Shown: piece after piece, positions 19,080-29,266 of the stretch
Numbering within the stretch: the first letter of the stretch is position 1
Layout of the letters: every line of letters begins with the position of its first letter
Origin: a virus
Reading direction: 5' to 3' (one strand)
Length of the DNA: 64,000 nucleotides
IMG/VR virus record: IMGVR_UViG_3300047166_000016
Span: 3,661-67,660 of that record
Position numbers and translations under genes: made by a program
The notes under the pieces: generated by a model
What the model was told of the DNA's origin: nothing
Database searches by the model: none
What the model saw: only the letters and a program-made list of their open reading frames with translations

Positions 19080-19864
19080 GACAACCCCCAGACCGACTGG
19101 CCGTAATCCTGAGCATACGCCAGATAAGCCCGGCCCCACTTGCTCTTAAAGAAACCCAAATCCCCAATCGTGAGTTGCGATATCGCATCGGTCACGGCCA
19201 GCGTCGAAGCTGTTCCGGTATCCGAGGCGGACGCCACAACCCCCGCCGACGGAGCGTCCAGTTTGAGCGCGGCGCGTTGCGTCTCGAAATAGGTGTATCC
19301 CGGATTGTCCGGCGTGATCGCGAGTTGGGTGTGGCCCGCGCAGTTGTAGACCGCGAGCACGTAATCGGTCGTGCCGCCCGCCACGTTCAGCACGAGGTTC
19401 ATCGCACGGTTGAACGCCCACGACAACCAAGGGGAATTGGCCGTGTTTACTGTTGGAGGCACCACACCGCTTAGCAACAGACCGATAACGACGTTTGTCC
19501 CGATAGCGACCGGAGAGAAGGTTTGCAACTGCTCGGCGCCTGCCGAGTTGCTCGCATAGACGTTGTATCCGACGATCCCCGTCGCCGCTGGCGGCGACGT
19601 TACCGTCACCTGGCTGTTCGGCACCGTAATCGTAACGGATGCCTCCACGGAGGCCGTCGTCTCACCATTGGCCGAGATATACGTGGTTCGCACGTAAACC
19701 GTTTCGAGCGGCAATATGCCGCCGGTCGATGCCGCCAACACCGGCATCGGCGGGGGCGCCGTATTCGACAAGAGGTAAAGCGGATCGATCCCCATGGCCT
19801 GCTGCACGAACAAGCAATAATCGGGCAAGTTCGGCGTCGTGGGGTTCGACCATGCCTGGACCAC
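19076..19864 (-). CDS. Head-tail adaptor (DUF4054-like) with FN3/Ig-like insertion
   Basis: YVLAVYNCAGH and KSKWGRAYL motifs; insert YVRTTYISANGET...GYNVY. Confidence 0.7.
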   Translation of the reverse strand: MVQAWSNPTTPNLPDYCLFVQQAMGIDPLYLLSNTAPPPMPVLAASTGGILPLETVYVRTTYISANGETTASVEASVTITVPNSQVTVTSPPAATGIVGYNVYASNSAGAEQLQTFSPVAIGTNVVIGLLLSGVVPPTVNTANSPWLSWAFNRAMNLVLNVAGGTTDYVLAVYNCAGHTQLAITPDNPGYTYFETQRAALKLDAPSAGVVASASDTGTASTLAVTDAISQLTIGDLGFFKSKWGRAYLAYAQDYGQSVWGLS

Positions 19865-19870
19865 GATAGA

Positions 19871-20194
19871 TCAGCGAAACGAAACCGTCGTGTCGATGGT
19901 GCCGGTCACGACCGCGACAAGCCCCGTCTTAAAGTTGAGGCCGGCATAGCTTGGCCCGATATCGAGTTTGGACGGCAACACGTTCGCCGTGCCGAAGTTC
20001 ATCACGGCAATACCGACGGTGCCGGTCGCCGTCGTGGCCTGATCGAAAAAACTGACCGAAGCGACTGTCCCGGTCAAAGCATTCGAGTTGATCGAGAACA
20101 ACTGCCCCGGTGCGGCCTTTACCACGAACGTTCCGGGTGCCGTGATATGGTAATAAGTGACCGCGACGGGCGCGTTGTAAGGTGTCTGAGGCAT
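19871..20194 (-). CDS. Small virion structural or decoration protein
   Basis: Beta-rich 107 aa in the head-neck operon. Confidence 0.55.
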   Translation of the reverse strand: MPQTPYNAPVAVTYYHITAPGTFVVKAAPGQLFSINSNALTGTVASVSFFDQATTATGTVGIAVMNFGTANVLPSKLDIGPSYAGLNFKTGLVAVVTGTIDTTVSFR

Positions 20195-20206
20195 CGTTTC
20201 GGTCCC

Positions 20207-20713
20207 TTACGTCGGAAGTTGAATGTCGGAGCGGCCGTTCGGATCGATCGACATGCTGAAATCGACCATCCCGTTCGGGGCCTTGATGCCGGGCGCGGTT
20301 TCCTGCCTCACCGTCGTTTCGGTAACACGCGCGGGCGGCCGGTCCCGTGTTTTGGCCCGCGCCGTGCGATCGAACGCCAGCGCACCGATGGTGGCGGCCT
20401 TCACGCTGCGTTCCTCGCGGGTTTGCAATTCGGCCTCGTGCGCCATTTCGATTTCCGCGGCCTCGATTTGGCCCATGTCGCGATAGATCAACCCGGAAAA
20501 TTTCCGCATCGAGCCGTGCGCCTCGGCCGCATCGCGCGCGCCGAACCGTTCGAGCTGCTTGATGACCAGGGCCTGCTGCGCGGGCGTCCAGCCGTGGCCG
20601 ATCTCGACCTGTCCGCCTTGCGCGATCTCGATCATATTGACCAGATTGTTGACCGGCTCGCGGAAGTGGAAGTGATGGTTCTGGAACGATGGATTGGCGA
20701 GATGAAGTGTCAT
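20207..20713 (-). CDS. Conserved head-region protein
   Basis: Directly after the capsid gene, as in Bcep781-like phages. Confidence 0.6.
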   Translation of the reverse strand: MTLHLANPSFQNHHFHFREPVNNLVNMIEIAQGGQVEIGHGWTPAQQALVIKQLERFGARDAAEAHGSMRKFSGLIYRDMGQIEAAEIEMAHEAELQTREERSVKAATIGALAFDRTARAKTRDRPPARVTETTVRQETAPGIKAPNGMVDFSMSIDPNGRSDIQLPT

Positions 20714-20720
20714 GCGCGCC

Positions 20721-21752
20721 TCAATAAGTCATCGTCAAAATGTAGATGCCCGCCGAACGAATGCCCCATCCCGACGTGATACGCAGTTCGTGAACTTCGG
20801 TGATCGCGCCATCGGGGATCGGCGTCGGGATTTTTAACGGGGCGGCCATGTCGGCATACATCAGATTGACCGCCTTCAACTGCGGGCGAATGTCGGACCC
20901 GAAGATGTTGGTATTAATGACGCCAGGGAGATCGGGAGCCTCGATTTCCGGCATGGTAAGCAATACAACGTCCGTGCCGCCCGCGCCCTGTCCGATCAGC
21001 GTATCGTCGAAATGCCATTCGAACGTATCGCCGTTCTCCCGCATCGTGACCTTGACCACATCGGCGGTTGTCGATGTGCCGGCGCCGGGCCGCTGATACG
21101 ATGTGACCTGGACAATGTTCGCAATCGCGAACTGCAAGAAAATCCGCTGCGGAGAAATGACCACGATCTTGTTATGGATGTTGCCGCCGGACTGATACAT
21201 GCCGGATTTAAGCGCGACGATCTCGCCAAGCAGCCAAAGCGCCATCTGGCCATTGTCGTAGGTGCGAACAGTCGTGTTGCCGTAGCTGTCCGGCGGAAGC
21301 GAAACGGTCGTCGCGCCAACGGTATTGAGCAAGCCCTCGCCGTTCGCCGCGTTGTAGCCATAGAGCAGCGCGGTTCGCATCTGCTGAAAAATGCCCTGGC
21401 GCGCGCCAAGATCGAGCGCGGCCGGAACGGACAGGCCGAAATCGCCGCCGCGTGCCGTGTCGTGATGATCCCAGATGGCGCGGGTGCGCGCCAGATAGGT
21501 CGGCGTGCCGGCGAACGAAACAACCAACGATGCCGATGGCAACAGGTTCATCGGCGATTGGCCCGATTGAACCTCGGTGCGGATATCGAGTTGGTTGATG
21601 TAAACCGCCATGTCCTCGGAGCCGAGCTTCACCCGTGGTTTCCCTTCGGGGAGCACGGCGAACGCACCGGAAGCCTGAGCGTAAGTGACGACAAACTCCG
21701 GCTCGGAGAAGCTCGGAGTGATCTTCGCCTCGGAAGGGAAAAGAACGGGCAT
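20721..21752 (-). CDS. Major capsid protein
   Basis: 343 aa; QASGAF, LLYG...GEGLLN and ELRITSGW motifs; synteny. Confidence 0.85.
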   Translation of the reverse strand: MPVLFPSEAKITPSFSEPEFVVTYAQASGAFAVLPEGKPRVKLGSEDMAVYINQLDIRTEVQSGQSPMNLLPSASLVVSFAGTPTYLARTRAIWDHHDTARGGDFGLSVPAALDLGARQGIFQQMRTALLYGYNAANGEGLLNTVGATTVSLPPDSYGNTTVRTYDNGQMALWLLGEIVALKSGMYQSGGNIHNKIVVISPQRIFLQFAIANIVQVTSYQRPGAGTSTTADVVKVTMRENGDTFEWHFDDTLIGQGAGGTDVVLLTMPEIEAPDLPGVINTNIFGSDIRPQLKAVNLMYADMAAPLKIPTPIPDGAITEVHELRITSGWGIRSAGIYILTMTY

Positions 21753-21764
21753 CTGCTTGTGTCC

Positions 21765-22388
21765 TTAAATCTGGATGATGGCGGTGTCGCCAGTCGTCCA
21801 AGTCACGGAACTGGCAGAGGCGTAGTTGACGATTTTCGAGTTGCTGTTGACCGAACGAAGCACGGTCGTGGTCGGAAGCGCGAAGTTGGAACCGGTAGTA
21901 ACCAGCGTCACCCAGTAGAGCGTTACGCTCCAATACAATGCCGCCGCGTTGATAAATTCGCCCGCCGTCAGCGCGGCAACCAGAGCCGGATCGCAGTTGA
22001 CCGGAATACGCGCGTTCGATCCGTTGCGGTAGAACGAAACGTAGTTTCCGGTCGCGGCCTGCGGCACGTTGTTGCCCGGCGCGATAACCATCGACGATGC
22101 CTGATTGAACACGGACCAGCCGAGCGTGTTGCCCTGCGACGTGGACCGCTTCACCGTTGGCCCGAGACCTTCGGAAAAGCCGGTCGCGGGCTGATTGATC
22201 GCGACGGAAAGCGGCACGCCACCCCACATCGTAACGGTTTCGGTTGTGGCGAGCGTCGCGCCCTCCAACCACATACGCGACGACGGATCGTCAAGCGCCA
22301 AACCTTGAGTATAACCCTGGGTCGGATTGACGAACGTGCCGGTCGGAGTTTGCGTGGCATAAGGATTGAAAGATAGCGTCCCGGACAT
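21765..22388 (-). CDS. Capsid cement / decoration protein
   Basis: GYTQGLALDDP, MWGGVP and GSNARI motifs; between scaffold and capsid genes. Confidence 0.7.
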   Translation of the reverse strand: MSGTLSFNPYATQTPTGTFVNPTQGYTQGLALDDPSSRMWLEGATLATTETVTMWGGVPLSVAINQPATGFSEGLGPTVKRSTSQGNTLGWSVFNQASSMVIAPGNNVPQAATGNYVSFYRNGSNARIPVNCDPALVAALTAGEFINAAALYWSVTLYWVTLVTTGSNFALPTTTVLRSVNSNSKIVNYASASSVTWTTGDTAIIQI

Positions 22389-22392
22389 TTAC

Positions 22393-23940
22393 TTAAATCC
22401 CTTCGTTCGAGTTCGGGTTGCGACGGATGCGCCCCGATGCGCCCTGCGACATAAAGGGAGCCATCCATGCCATCGGATCGCCCACGTATTCCGTGATCCG
22501 GCGCCCGGCGCGGTCGGTTCGCACCATCTCCATGAGCAGACCGGGCCGTGCCAGCGCGGGCGTTTTCGCCGCCTCGACCGCATCGTTGTAGACAATGGCC
22601 TCGATCGGTTCGAGCATCGCGGCGTCCGCGCTGTCGAAGCGAGTGTCGCGAAACTTCGCCGAATGCTTCTTGAAGTGCTCCATCAGGCGGCGGCGGTATG
22701 GCAGCGACACTTCGCCGGCGATAGGCCGTGGCGCTTCGTTGCCGAACATCGCGGCCACCCCGTCGGCACGGGCCTGAGCACGCGCCAGGGCATCACGCTC
22801 ACTCTGCGGCACTTCGGTCGTCAGGGTGCGGAGCGTGGCTTGCATGGCATCCAGTTGCCTGCGGAGATCGGCGTTTTCGCGCGCGTGTGCCGCATCGTGC
22901 CGAGCCGCGTCTTTGCGGTCCTTTTCCTCGCGCTCCATCTTTTCCTTTTCCTCGGCGTCCTTTTTGGCCTTGTCCTCTTTGTGCTCAGGCTCCTCGGCCT
23001 CCTCGGATGCCCACTTCTCGAAGGACTCGTCGTCCTTCTTTTCGGATTCCTCCGCGTCCATGCGGCAATCCTTGGCGTCCTTGCGGGCCTTGTCCTTCTC
23101 GACGCCACCCTTTTCGAGCGCATCGCACATCGCCGCTTCGTCCGCATCGTGGCGCGACTTCCAATCCTTGTAAGCCTCGCCATCCTTGCGCTTGCCAAAA
23201 CGGTCCTTACGCGCCGCGTCGTGGCGGGCGCGATCCTTTTCGGCGGCCTTCTCGGCTTCCATCGCATCCATCCGCGCATCCATGCGCTTCAGGCCGTCCA
23301 TGATCGCATCCAGTCTTTCGCTGTCCTTACGGGCCTGCTCTTCGCTGGCCTTTTTTTCGTCTGCCTCATCGGCCATGTTTGCAAGCCCTTCGTTAAGTGT
23401 ATCGTTTTGCACGCCGGTCGGATCGCCGCCTTTATCCCAAACGCCGCCATCCCCAACGTCGAGGACTGCGATGTGATCGAGTAAGGACGGATTGCCTTCG
23501 ATCAGAAAGGTTTCGCCATTTAACTCGACCGTTTCGTTCCCATCGGTCGGAAGAAATACAACACCGGGCGATGTAGAGAGTTTGCCTTTGCTCATCTTTT
23601 CGATGGCTTCGGCGTCGTAGATGCGCGCGATCCCCCACGTCTCGTCGCCCTTTAGGTAGGGCAACATGATCGTTCCGATTGCGCGTTTATTAAATTCTTT
23701 GGAATCCAGTCCCGGCTTGTTTTCCGGGTGAACCCAGATCACCGGCAATCCGTTACACCGCGCCAGAAACTCGGGAGACTGGAATATCGAACTATCGCGC
23801 CAGACATATTCGTCGTGTCCGGCTCTGTAACTAAGCCCGGTCCCGGTGATGCGAATGGCGAAAAGCGTCATTCCGCCAAGTTGCCACGGCGACGGCAACA
23901 GACCGGCGACGATCTGGCGTGCCGCGTCTAACTCCGTCAT
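22393..23940 (-). CDS. DUF2213 prohead protease / scaffold
   Basis: RITGTG, LPVIWVHP, STSPGV and LDHIAV motifs, then a K/E/D-rich scaffold region. Confidence 0.85.
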   Translation of the reverse strand: MTELDAARQIVAGLLPSPWQLGGMTLFAIRITGTGLSYRAGHDEYVWRDSSIFQSPEFLARCNGLPVIWVHPENKPGLDSKEFNKRAIGTIMLPYLKGDETWGIARIYDAEAIEKMSKGKLSTSPGVVFLPTDGNETVELNGETFLIEGNPSLLDHIAVLDVGDGGVWDKGGDPTGVQNDTLNEGLANMADEADEKKASEEQARKDSERLDAIMDGLKRMDARMDAMEAEKAAEKDRARHDAARKDRFGKRKDGEAYKDWKSRHDADEAAMCDALEKGGVEKDKARKDAKDCRMDAEESEKKDDESFEKWASEEAEEPEHKEDKAKKDAEEKEKMEREEKDRKDAARHDAAHARENADLRRQLDAMQATLRTLTTEVPQSERDALARAQARADGVAAMFGNEAPRPIAGEVSLPYRRRLMEHFKKHSAKFRDTRFDSADAAMLEPIEAIVYNDAVEAAKTPALARPGLLMEMVRTDRAGRRITEYVGDPMAWMAPFMSQGASGRIRRNPNSNEGI

Positions 23941-23952
23941 CGCGGCATTTTC

Positions 23953-24573
23953 CTATGGCTTATAGAGCCGACATTTCGCGTTCTCAGCCTCGAACCCGAT
24001 ATGCGGCGTTCGCATCCGAAAATGATCGACGACCCGCGTGACTTCCGGCCACGCATTCGATCCGTAATCGTCCGCGATCAGAACGCCGCCCTTGGCGAGC
24101 AATCCCCACCAGCGGATCAGGTCGCTCATAACAGACAGGTAATCGTGCGCCGCGTCGATATGCACCGCGCCAGGATGCACACCAGCCCGCGCCAGAACTT
24201 CGCACGCGGAGGCGGAATCGAGCGGAACCGGCACGATCCAGCCCCGCAGTTGCAATACCGCGACGTTGTTCGCGAACGTGCCGTAAAGCCCTTCGACCGG
24301 CCAATGTTCCGCCGATCCGCACCATGTATCGATCGCGACAATCACGCCGTCGCATCCATTGTCTCGCATCCGTTCGGCCATGGTGACGGTCGATCCGCCC
24401 TTCCATACCCCAACATCCACCGCGACGGCCGAACGCGCGTCTATGGCCTCGGTCAGATAACGGTGCCCAGAGTTCCATCCCTGCGTATCGAGAGGTTGCG
24501 ACGGTTCTATGGCGGCGAAAGGATCGTGTCCTCGCCAGATTGTGGCGATGATTTCGTCTCGGGCCAATGTCAT
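23953..24573 (-). CDS. Class I SAM-dependent methyltransferase (Methyltransf_24-like)
   Basis: [23 protein letters not shown] and GGVLIADDY motifs. Confidence 0.85.
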   Translation of the reverse strand: MTLARDEIIATIWRGHDPFAAIEPSQPLDTQGWNSGHRYLTEAIDARSAVAVDVGVWKGGSTVTMAERMRDNGCDGVIVAIDTWCGSAEHWPVEGLYGTFANNVAVLQLRGWIVPVPLDSASACEVLARAGVHPGAVHIDAAHDYLSVMSDLIRWWGLLAKGGVLIADDYGSNAWPEVTRVVDHFRMRTPHIGFEAENAKCRLYKP

Positions 24574-24788
24574 CGGCGCGGAGACGTTGCCTTCTCTTGC
24601 GGATCGCTTGTCAAAGCATCGAACCGCTCGATCATCCGGTCGAACGCCGTCGCGATCTCGCCGATCCGGTCCTGCCGTGCCATGCGTTCCGCCGCCGCTT
24701 CGGCCTGCTTGGGCGGATGCCCGGCGCGGATCATTTCGGCGATGTTGGCGCTTATCGTTTCCTGCGACGATCCGCGTTCAAGCGGCAT
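24570..24788 (-). CDS. Small head-associated protein
   Basis: [29 protein letters not shown], a motif recurrent in phage head operons. Confidence 0.65.
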   Translation of the reverse strand: MPLERGSSQETISANIAEMIRAGHPPKQAEAAAERMARQDRIGEIATAFDRMIERFDALTSDPQEKATSPRR

Positions 24789-25719
24789 CGATCGTCGCCA
24801 TCCCGATCCGCCCCACATTCAGATCGAGCGCACCCATATAGGCCGCCGCATCGCTCAGAGCCGCGTCCTGCGCCGCCCGCGTTCCGGCCTCTTGCTCTGC
24901 CTTGCGCTGGCGATACGCCGCCACGCGCGCCGTGAAGGCCGCCGCATAGTCGCTATCGGTCATCTCTGCCTCCGCGTAGTTTCGGTCGCACCAGATCAGC
25001 CGTTGGGCGTGCATCGGATCGGTTTCGCGCATCGCGTAATAGGCTGTCGCCTCGCCCGTGCCGCGCCAGGTGTGCATCTCGGTCAGAAACGACGATACGG
25101 TGCAATCCGCGCTCATCGGATCGTTTTCGAGGAACGGAAATGTCCAGCATTGCGGCACGGATCGGCACAACGCCTTGTCGATCATCAAACAGGACGTATC
25201 GACAAAACCGGTCGCCGGCCAGGCACGGATGCCATGATGCGGTCCGCAGCTCTCCCATTCGTCGATTGCGACCGGGAGCGACGTCTCGGGATGCACGAAC
25301 CACCGTTGCGAAAATGCCCAATCGACACCGGCAATCGCGGCCTTGAGCGTCGAAAGGTGATGCGGTGCCCACCAGTTATCGTCGTCGAGATAGGCCACGT
25401 GCGCCGAATTGGCGAGATACGTGAGGATGGTCCTCAGCGCCCCGCCGTCGCCCGATGGCGTAGTGCCGCCATGTCGCGTCGATGTCGAATAGCCCGGCCA
25501 GAACGTTTGCACCGTTACGTTCTCAGGCCGATCCGCGAAGCTAGGCCAATCGCGGCCCGGCACGTCCATGCCAACCAAGACATGTATCCGGCCCGGCAAG
25601 TCCTGCGCGAATACGCTCTCGATGGCGCGGCGCAATGTCGGACGCAGCACGGTCGGGATGACAACGGCGGCATCGTATGGCGTTTGGAGATTATCGCCGA
25701 ACGTGGTCAGGTAACTCAT
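24778..25719 (-). CDS. GT-A fold (family 2-like) glycosyltransferase
   Basis: AVVIPT...[17 protein letters not shown] (DxD) and FVDTSC motifs; ATGA overlap. Confidence 0.85.
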   Translation of the reverse strand: MSYLTTFGDNLQTPYDAAVVIPTVLRPTLRRAIESVFAQDLPGRIHVLVGMDVPGRDWPSFADRPENVTVQTFWPGYSTSTRHGGTTPSGDGGALRTILTYLANSAHVAYLDDDNWWAPHHLSTLKAAIAGVDWAFSQRWFVHPETSLPVAIDEWESCGPHHGIRAWPATGFVDTSCLMIDKALCRSVPQCWTFPFLENDPMSADCTVSSFLTEMHTWRGTGEATAYYAMRETDPMHAQRLIWCDRNYAEAEMTDSDYAAAFTARVAAYRQRKAEQEAGTRAAQDAALSDAAAYMGALDLNVGRIGMATIDAA

Positions 25720-25910
25720 GCGTTCCACGCCTTGGCGCGGATGATGGTTCGCACCGTGTCCATCACGGACTTTCGCGCCTCGCGGATGGTGCCGGTTTGC
25801 GTCACACGGGCCAATTCGATGTCCAGGTCGAGTGCCTGCGCCATGAGGCGATCCGAGATTATTTTGTCCGCGTAGGTCGGATCGGATTGCTTCGGTTTGC
25901 GAAACGTCAT
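25716..25910 (-). CDS. Hypothetical protein
   Basis: ATGA-coupled at both ends; MTFRKPKQ start. Confidence 0.55.
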   Translation of the reverse strand: MTFRKPKQSDPTYADKIISDRLMAQALDLDIELARVTQTGTIREARKSVMDTVRTIIRAKAWNA

Positions 25911-26731
25911 GCCGCTAACCTCCCCGCGACAAACTCCTGGCCCTTGGCCGTGAGAAACTGGTCCGATAGCGCGCGTGGCGAAGTCACATATTCCAACCAG
26001 CAGCGGCAATTCACCGGTTGTCCTGGCCTGTCGATCTCATCGGTATAGCCATGCACCGGCTGCACCAAACCCATCTTATCGGCCCACGATCCGCGAATGA
26101 TAAAAGTCTTTTTCGCCCATGCCATGTGCTGCTTGCGCGCGGCGTAATTCTTATCGTGCTCGCCGTGATCGTGCCACGTGCCAGCGATGGCCCCGGCATC
26201 GGTCGCGACGATATCCGCGATATTGGCGATCAGCTTGTGGCCCTGATCGTTCAATACCAAACGGCGGCGGTAGCTTTGGTGCGCGACGGACTTCGCGATA
26301 TCGGTTTTGGTCGCGCGCTTGTCTATCGCGCCGTCGCCGCCGGGCGGAATCGAGGTCGACCATCCCCTGAACCGCGATAGCGTCGTTTCGATTGCCTCGC
26401 GGCGGTTAAGTTTGATCAGATCGGCGCTGGCGATAATCCGCCGATCCAGTTCGGCCCGTAACTGGGGCTTGATCTGAGCGATGGTGTATCGCGACACGCC
26501 CGGCACGTAATCGGCGACCTTCCCTCGAGCCGCGAGCCGTTCGTAAATCGCGCCCAATCGCCGCGCCGTGTCCTGGTCGATGACCTGTTCCGAGCCGATA
26601 TCGCGTTCGGCGGCGTTGCGGAGCGCCATTGCCCAATAATCGACCCGATCCGGGCTGACGTAGCCGGTGCGCGCCAGTTCCGCGATGGCATCGGCCAGGA
26701 CTTCGCGAAAGGTCGGTTGCGCTACGCTCAC
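25907..26731 (-). CDS. Head morphogenesis protein (SPP1 gp7 / Mu gpF-like)
   Basis: DQGHKL, WH...R..H and PGQPVNCRC motifs. Confidence 0.85.
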   Translation of the reverse strand: MSVAQPTFREVLADAIAELARTGYVSPDRVDYWAMALRNAAERDIGSEQVIDQDTARRLGAIYERLAARGKVADYVPGVSRYTIAQIKPQLRAELDRRIIASADLIKLNRREAIETTLSRFRGWSTSIPPGGDGAIDKRATKTDIAKSVAHQSYRRRLVLNDQGHKLIANIADIVATDAGAIAGTWHDHGEHDKNYAARKQHMAWAKKTFIIRGSWADKMGLVQPVHGYTDEIDRPGQPVNCRCWLEYVTSPRALSDQFLTAKGQEFVAGRLAA

Positions 26732-28209
26732 GTTTCGGCCGAGAACGGCGCCGGTTCGTGTTCCTTTTCCTCGCCGCCGCCCATCGTCGGGGCCGGCGGA
26801 ACGTAATTTGCCAGCGCATCCTCGTCGATTTCCAGCGGCGCGGAAAACAGTTTCCGGCGCGAATTAATTTCATCGGCGGCCCATGCGATGACGCGCGCCT
26901 TGTTTACCGGATCGATCCCGGCATTGATAAGGCTCTCGACCAGCGCGGTGACGGCCTCGAAACGGGTTTTTTCGACCTGAATCGCATCGCTTTCCGGTTC
27001 GGCCAGTAGGTTCGGCCACGTCGCGGAGAACGAATTGGACCAGGTATAAAACGCCGTCTCGTAAGGTATCTTGCGATACTCTGGAACGTCCTGCTTCAAC
27101 GCCTCATAGAACTGCGGCGACCACGCCCGGCGCATCACGATCTTGTCGAACCACTTATAGAGCGGGTCCATGCCGATGCGCTCCGTCGCGATATAATCCG
27201 CGATCTGCTTGGCGTCCTCGGACCCTTCGGCCATTCCGCCGACCATTTCCTCTTGTTCGAGGAGCTTCGATGGCATCCCCACGCCCATCGCCACATCCTT
27301 TAGTGCGTTCTCGCGGCAAAGCCGGGCTGGGCCTTCCAGGTTTTGGAAATTGAGGCTCTCGATGCTGTCCTTCTCGCCGATGGTCAGCACGTTGCCTGTC
27401 ACGCCGGCTTTCAGCGCGGAACGCTTGATCCCGAAAAAGTTCAGGATGCGATTGTTGATTACCGGACCAGGCGCGGCCATTTTCGCCACGAGCAAGCCGA
27501 CCTTGAACGTAACCAACTGGTCCGTTATCATGGCCTGGATCAGCGTTTTCAACGGATACAACGCACGCTGATAAACCGAGCGGCCCACGAAACCGAATGC
27601 CGAATTGGTCCATTCGATGTAGATCGGCTGTTCGTTCATCGTAATGACGGTGCGCGACGGGTGGTAAATCCGATTGCCGACACGGACTTCGCGAGCCTTT
27701 TGAAACTCAGGACTGTTCGGGTCCTGGTCGAGCACAAGCGAGCCGGCTGTATTGAGCGGATCGAGCACGTTGAAATACGGCTCGATCTCGTGCAGTTTCA
27801 GCACGTCCAGCGGTTGATCGCTTCGCATCGGATAGCGTCGATCCCCGACGACGATGCTGGAAATACCGTAGATGCGCGCCGTGACTTTCGCGGACTTGAT
27901 CCATCCGTCCGCACCTATTCCACTCCATTCGCGCCGAAACGCTTCGACAAGCCGCTCCTCGGGACCGGCGGGAATCGTGATGATGCGCTCTTGCGACTGC
28001 GCCAGAACGATCGGCTTTTCGGCGATCTTCGCACCCAACTGATGATACGCAAAAATCGTTTTGCATAACTGGTATCCGACCGGCGAACCCGGAACGATAT
28101 CCTCTGCGTTCAGCAGTTGCGTCAGTTGGCTACCGCACCCGCCCTGAACGCCAAGCCCGGCGAACCCAATTCCGCCTTCGACCGTGTTCGCGCTATTCGA
28201 TCCGCTCAC
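26728..28209 (-). CDS. Portal protein (DUF1073 family)
   Basis: 493 aa; ARIYG, DPLNTAGS, GRSVYQR and WPNL motifs; position upstream of the head genes. Confidence 0.85.
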   Translation of the reverse strand: MSGSNSANTVEGGIGFAGLGVQGGCGSQLTQLLNAEDIVPGSPVGYQLCKTIFAYHQLGAKIAEKPIVLAQSQERIITIPAGPEERLVEAFRREWSGIGADGWIKSAKVTARIYGISSIVVGDRRYPMRSDQPLDVLKLHEIEPYFNVLDPLNTAGSLVLDQDPNSPEFQKAREVRVGNRIYHPSRTVITMNEQPIYIEWTNSAFGFVGRSVYQRALYPLKTLIQAMITDQLVTFKVGLLVAKMAAPGPVINNRILNFFGIKRSALKAGVTGNVLTIGEKDSIESLNFQNLEGPARLCRENALKDVAMGVGMPSKLLEQEEMVGGMAEGSEDAKQIADYIATERIGMDPLYKWFDKIVMRRAWSPQFYEALKQDVPEYRKIPYETAFYTWSNSFSATWPNLLAEPESDAIQVEKTRFEAVTALVESLINAGIDPVNKARVIAWAADEINSRRKLFSAPLEIDEDALANYVPPAPTMGGGEEKEHEPAPFSAET

Positions 28210-28421
28210 GTTTTAACGATCCGCTCCGATAGCGTTCCGTTGCGGAGCCGCAACTCCCAATCGCGGTGCGCCGCATCGTGCGCGGGATCGGTCAGCACGA
28301 GGCCGCATTTCGCCACGGCGGCCTCGATCTCCCCCGGACTGGCGACGGACGTGCCACGGTCGGACAGTTCGGCGGCGAGACGTTCGGCGGGCGTTGGCAT
28401 GGCGTTACGGCTTTGCGACAT
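28206..28421 (-). CDS. Hypothetical protein
   Basis: ORF coupled to the portal start. Confidence 0.45.
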   Translation of the reverse strand: MSQSRNAMPTPAERLAAELSDRGTSVASPGEIEAAVAKCGLVLTDPAHDAAHRDWELRLRNGTLSERIVKT

Positions 28422-28638
28422 GCGGCGCGGTTGGCACCGCGGGAATAGCCGGCACGGGCGGTGTGACCGGCGTCGACGGAAATACCGTCATCAGGCCGCC
28501 CGGCAAGACCGGAAGCGCGATAACCAACGATGCGAGGACGGACCCGGACGGTGCCAGGACCGTGACGGTCAGCGTTTCGCCGACTGTTATAGTTGACGTG
28601 GCACCCGGCATGTCCGTATGATCCTCGGTTATGAGCAA
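28405..28638 (-). CDS. Hypothetical Pro/Thr/Val-rich protein
   Basis: ORF with a GAGG RBS before an internal ATG; start uncertain. Confidence 0.4.
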   Translation of the reverse strand: MLITEDHTDMPGATSTITVGETLTVTVLAPSGSVLASLVIALPVLPGGLMTVFPSTPVTPPVPAIPAVPTAPHVAKP

Positions 28639-28891
28639 GGTTTACGCCAACATCCCGGACGCCAAGATCGCGCCCGCACCCAAGCCACGACTGCGGTTCC
28701 ATCGCGGTCGATGGTGGGCTTATCACGCTGGCATATGTCTATTCGCGAGCGGCGAAACGGCTGGAACAGCATATGCCGCATTGGAAGCCAAGATTAACGC
28801 ATCCCTATGCGCCGCACGGGCAAGGGATGCCCGCTACAACGATAGCGACGATCTGGAAAGCGAAGACTTCGATTGGATCGACGAATATTGA
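28631..28891 (+). CDS. Hypothetical protein
   Basis: First gene of a plus-strand cluster. Confidence 0.5.
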   Translation: MSKVYANIPDAKIAPAPKPRLRFHRGRWWAYHAGICLFASGETAGTAYAALEAKINASLCAARARDARYNDSDDLESEDFDWIDEY

Positions 28892-28907
28892 ACCGGACGA
28901 TGAACCG

Positions 28908-29084
28908 ATGAGCGAGCGTTTCGAGATGCGGGTCACGCCGAAATGGATGGCCATGCTGGACGCCTGGCGGGCCAAGCAACGGCCGATCCCGTCCAGGACC
29001 GCCGTGCTGAGGCAAGCTGCGGTCGATTTCTGCGAAAAGCAACCGATGCCTTCCGACTTGCCAGAAAAGGACGAACCGCGATGA
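28908..29084 (+). CDS. Ribbon-helix-helix DNA-binding protein
   Basis: ERFEMRV...LDAWRAKQRPIPSRTAVLRQ. Confidence 0.7.
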   Translation: MSERFEMRVTPKWMAMLDAWRAKQRPIPSRTAVLRQAAVDFCEKQPMPSDLPEKDEPR

Positions 29085-29266
29085 TCGAAGACTGGACCGT
29101 TACGTTTACCGAACAGACAGGAAAAACAACTGTATTGCCTGGCGTATCGGTCGAACCATTCGATAGCGAGATCGATGAGATCGTGCGATTGCGCGCCCGG
29201 ATCGCGAAACTCGAAACGAAACTCGCGGAAGCCGAGGCGAAACTCGAACAAGGAAGCTTCTATTGA
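29081..29266 (+). CDS. Small coiled-coil protein
   Basis: ATGA overlap; EIVRLRARIAKLETKL. Confidence 0.5.
   Translation: MIEDWTVTFTEQTGKTTVLPGVSVEPFDSEIDEIVRLRARIAKLETKLAEAEAKLEQGSFY

Noticed and set aside
24001-25875. Long opposite-strand ORFs (also 19523-20779, 21012-22376, 35132-36676, 45848-47155, 57630-58790)
   Set aside because: Arg-rich shadow frames of real genes in high-GC DNA, with no recognisable domains.
26728-28209. Anti-CBASS Acb1 label sometimes attached to DUF1073 proteins
   Set aside because: Size, motifs and position fit a portal; I see no paired HxT phosphoesterase motifs.
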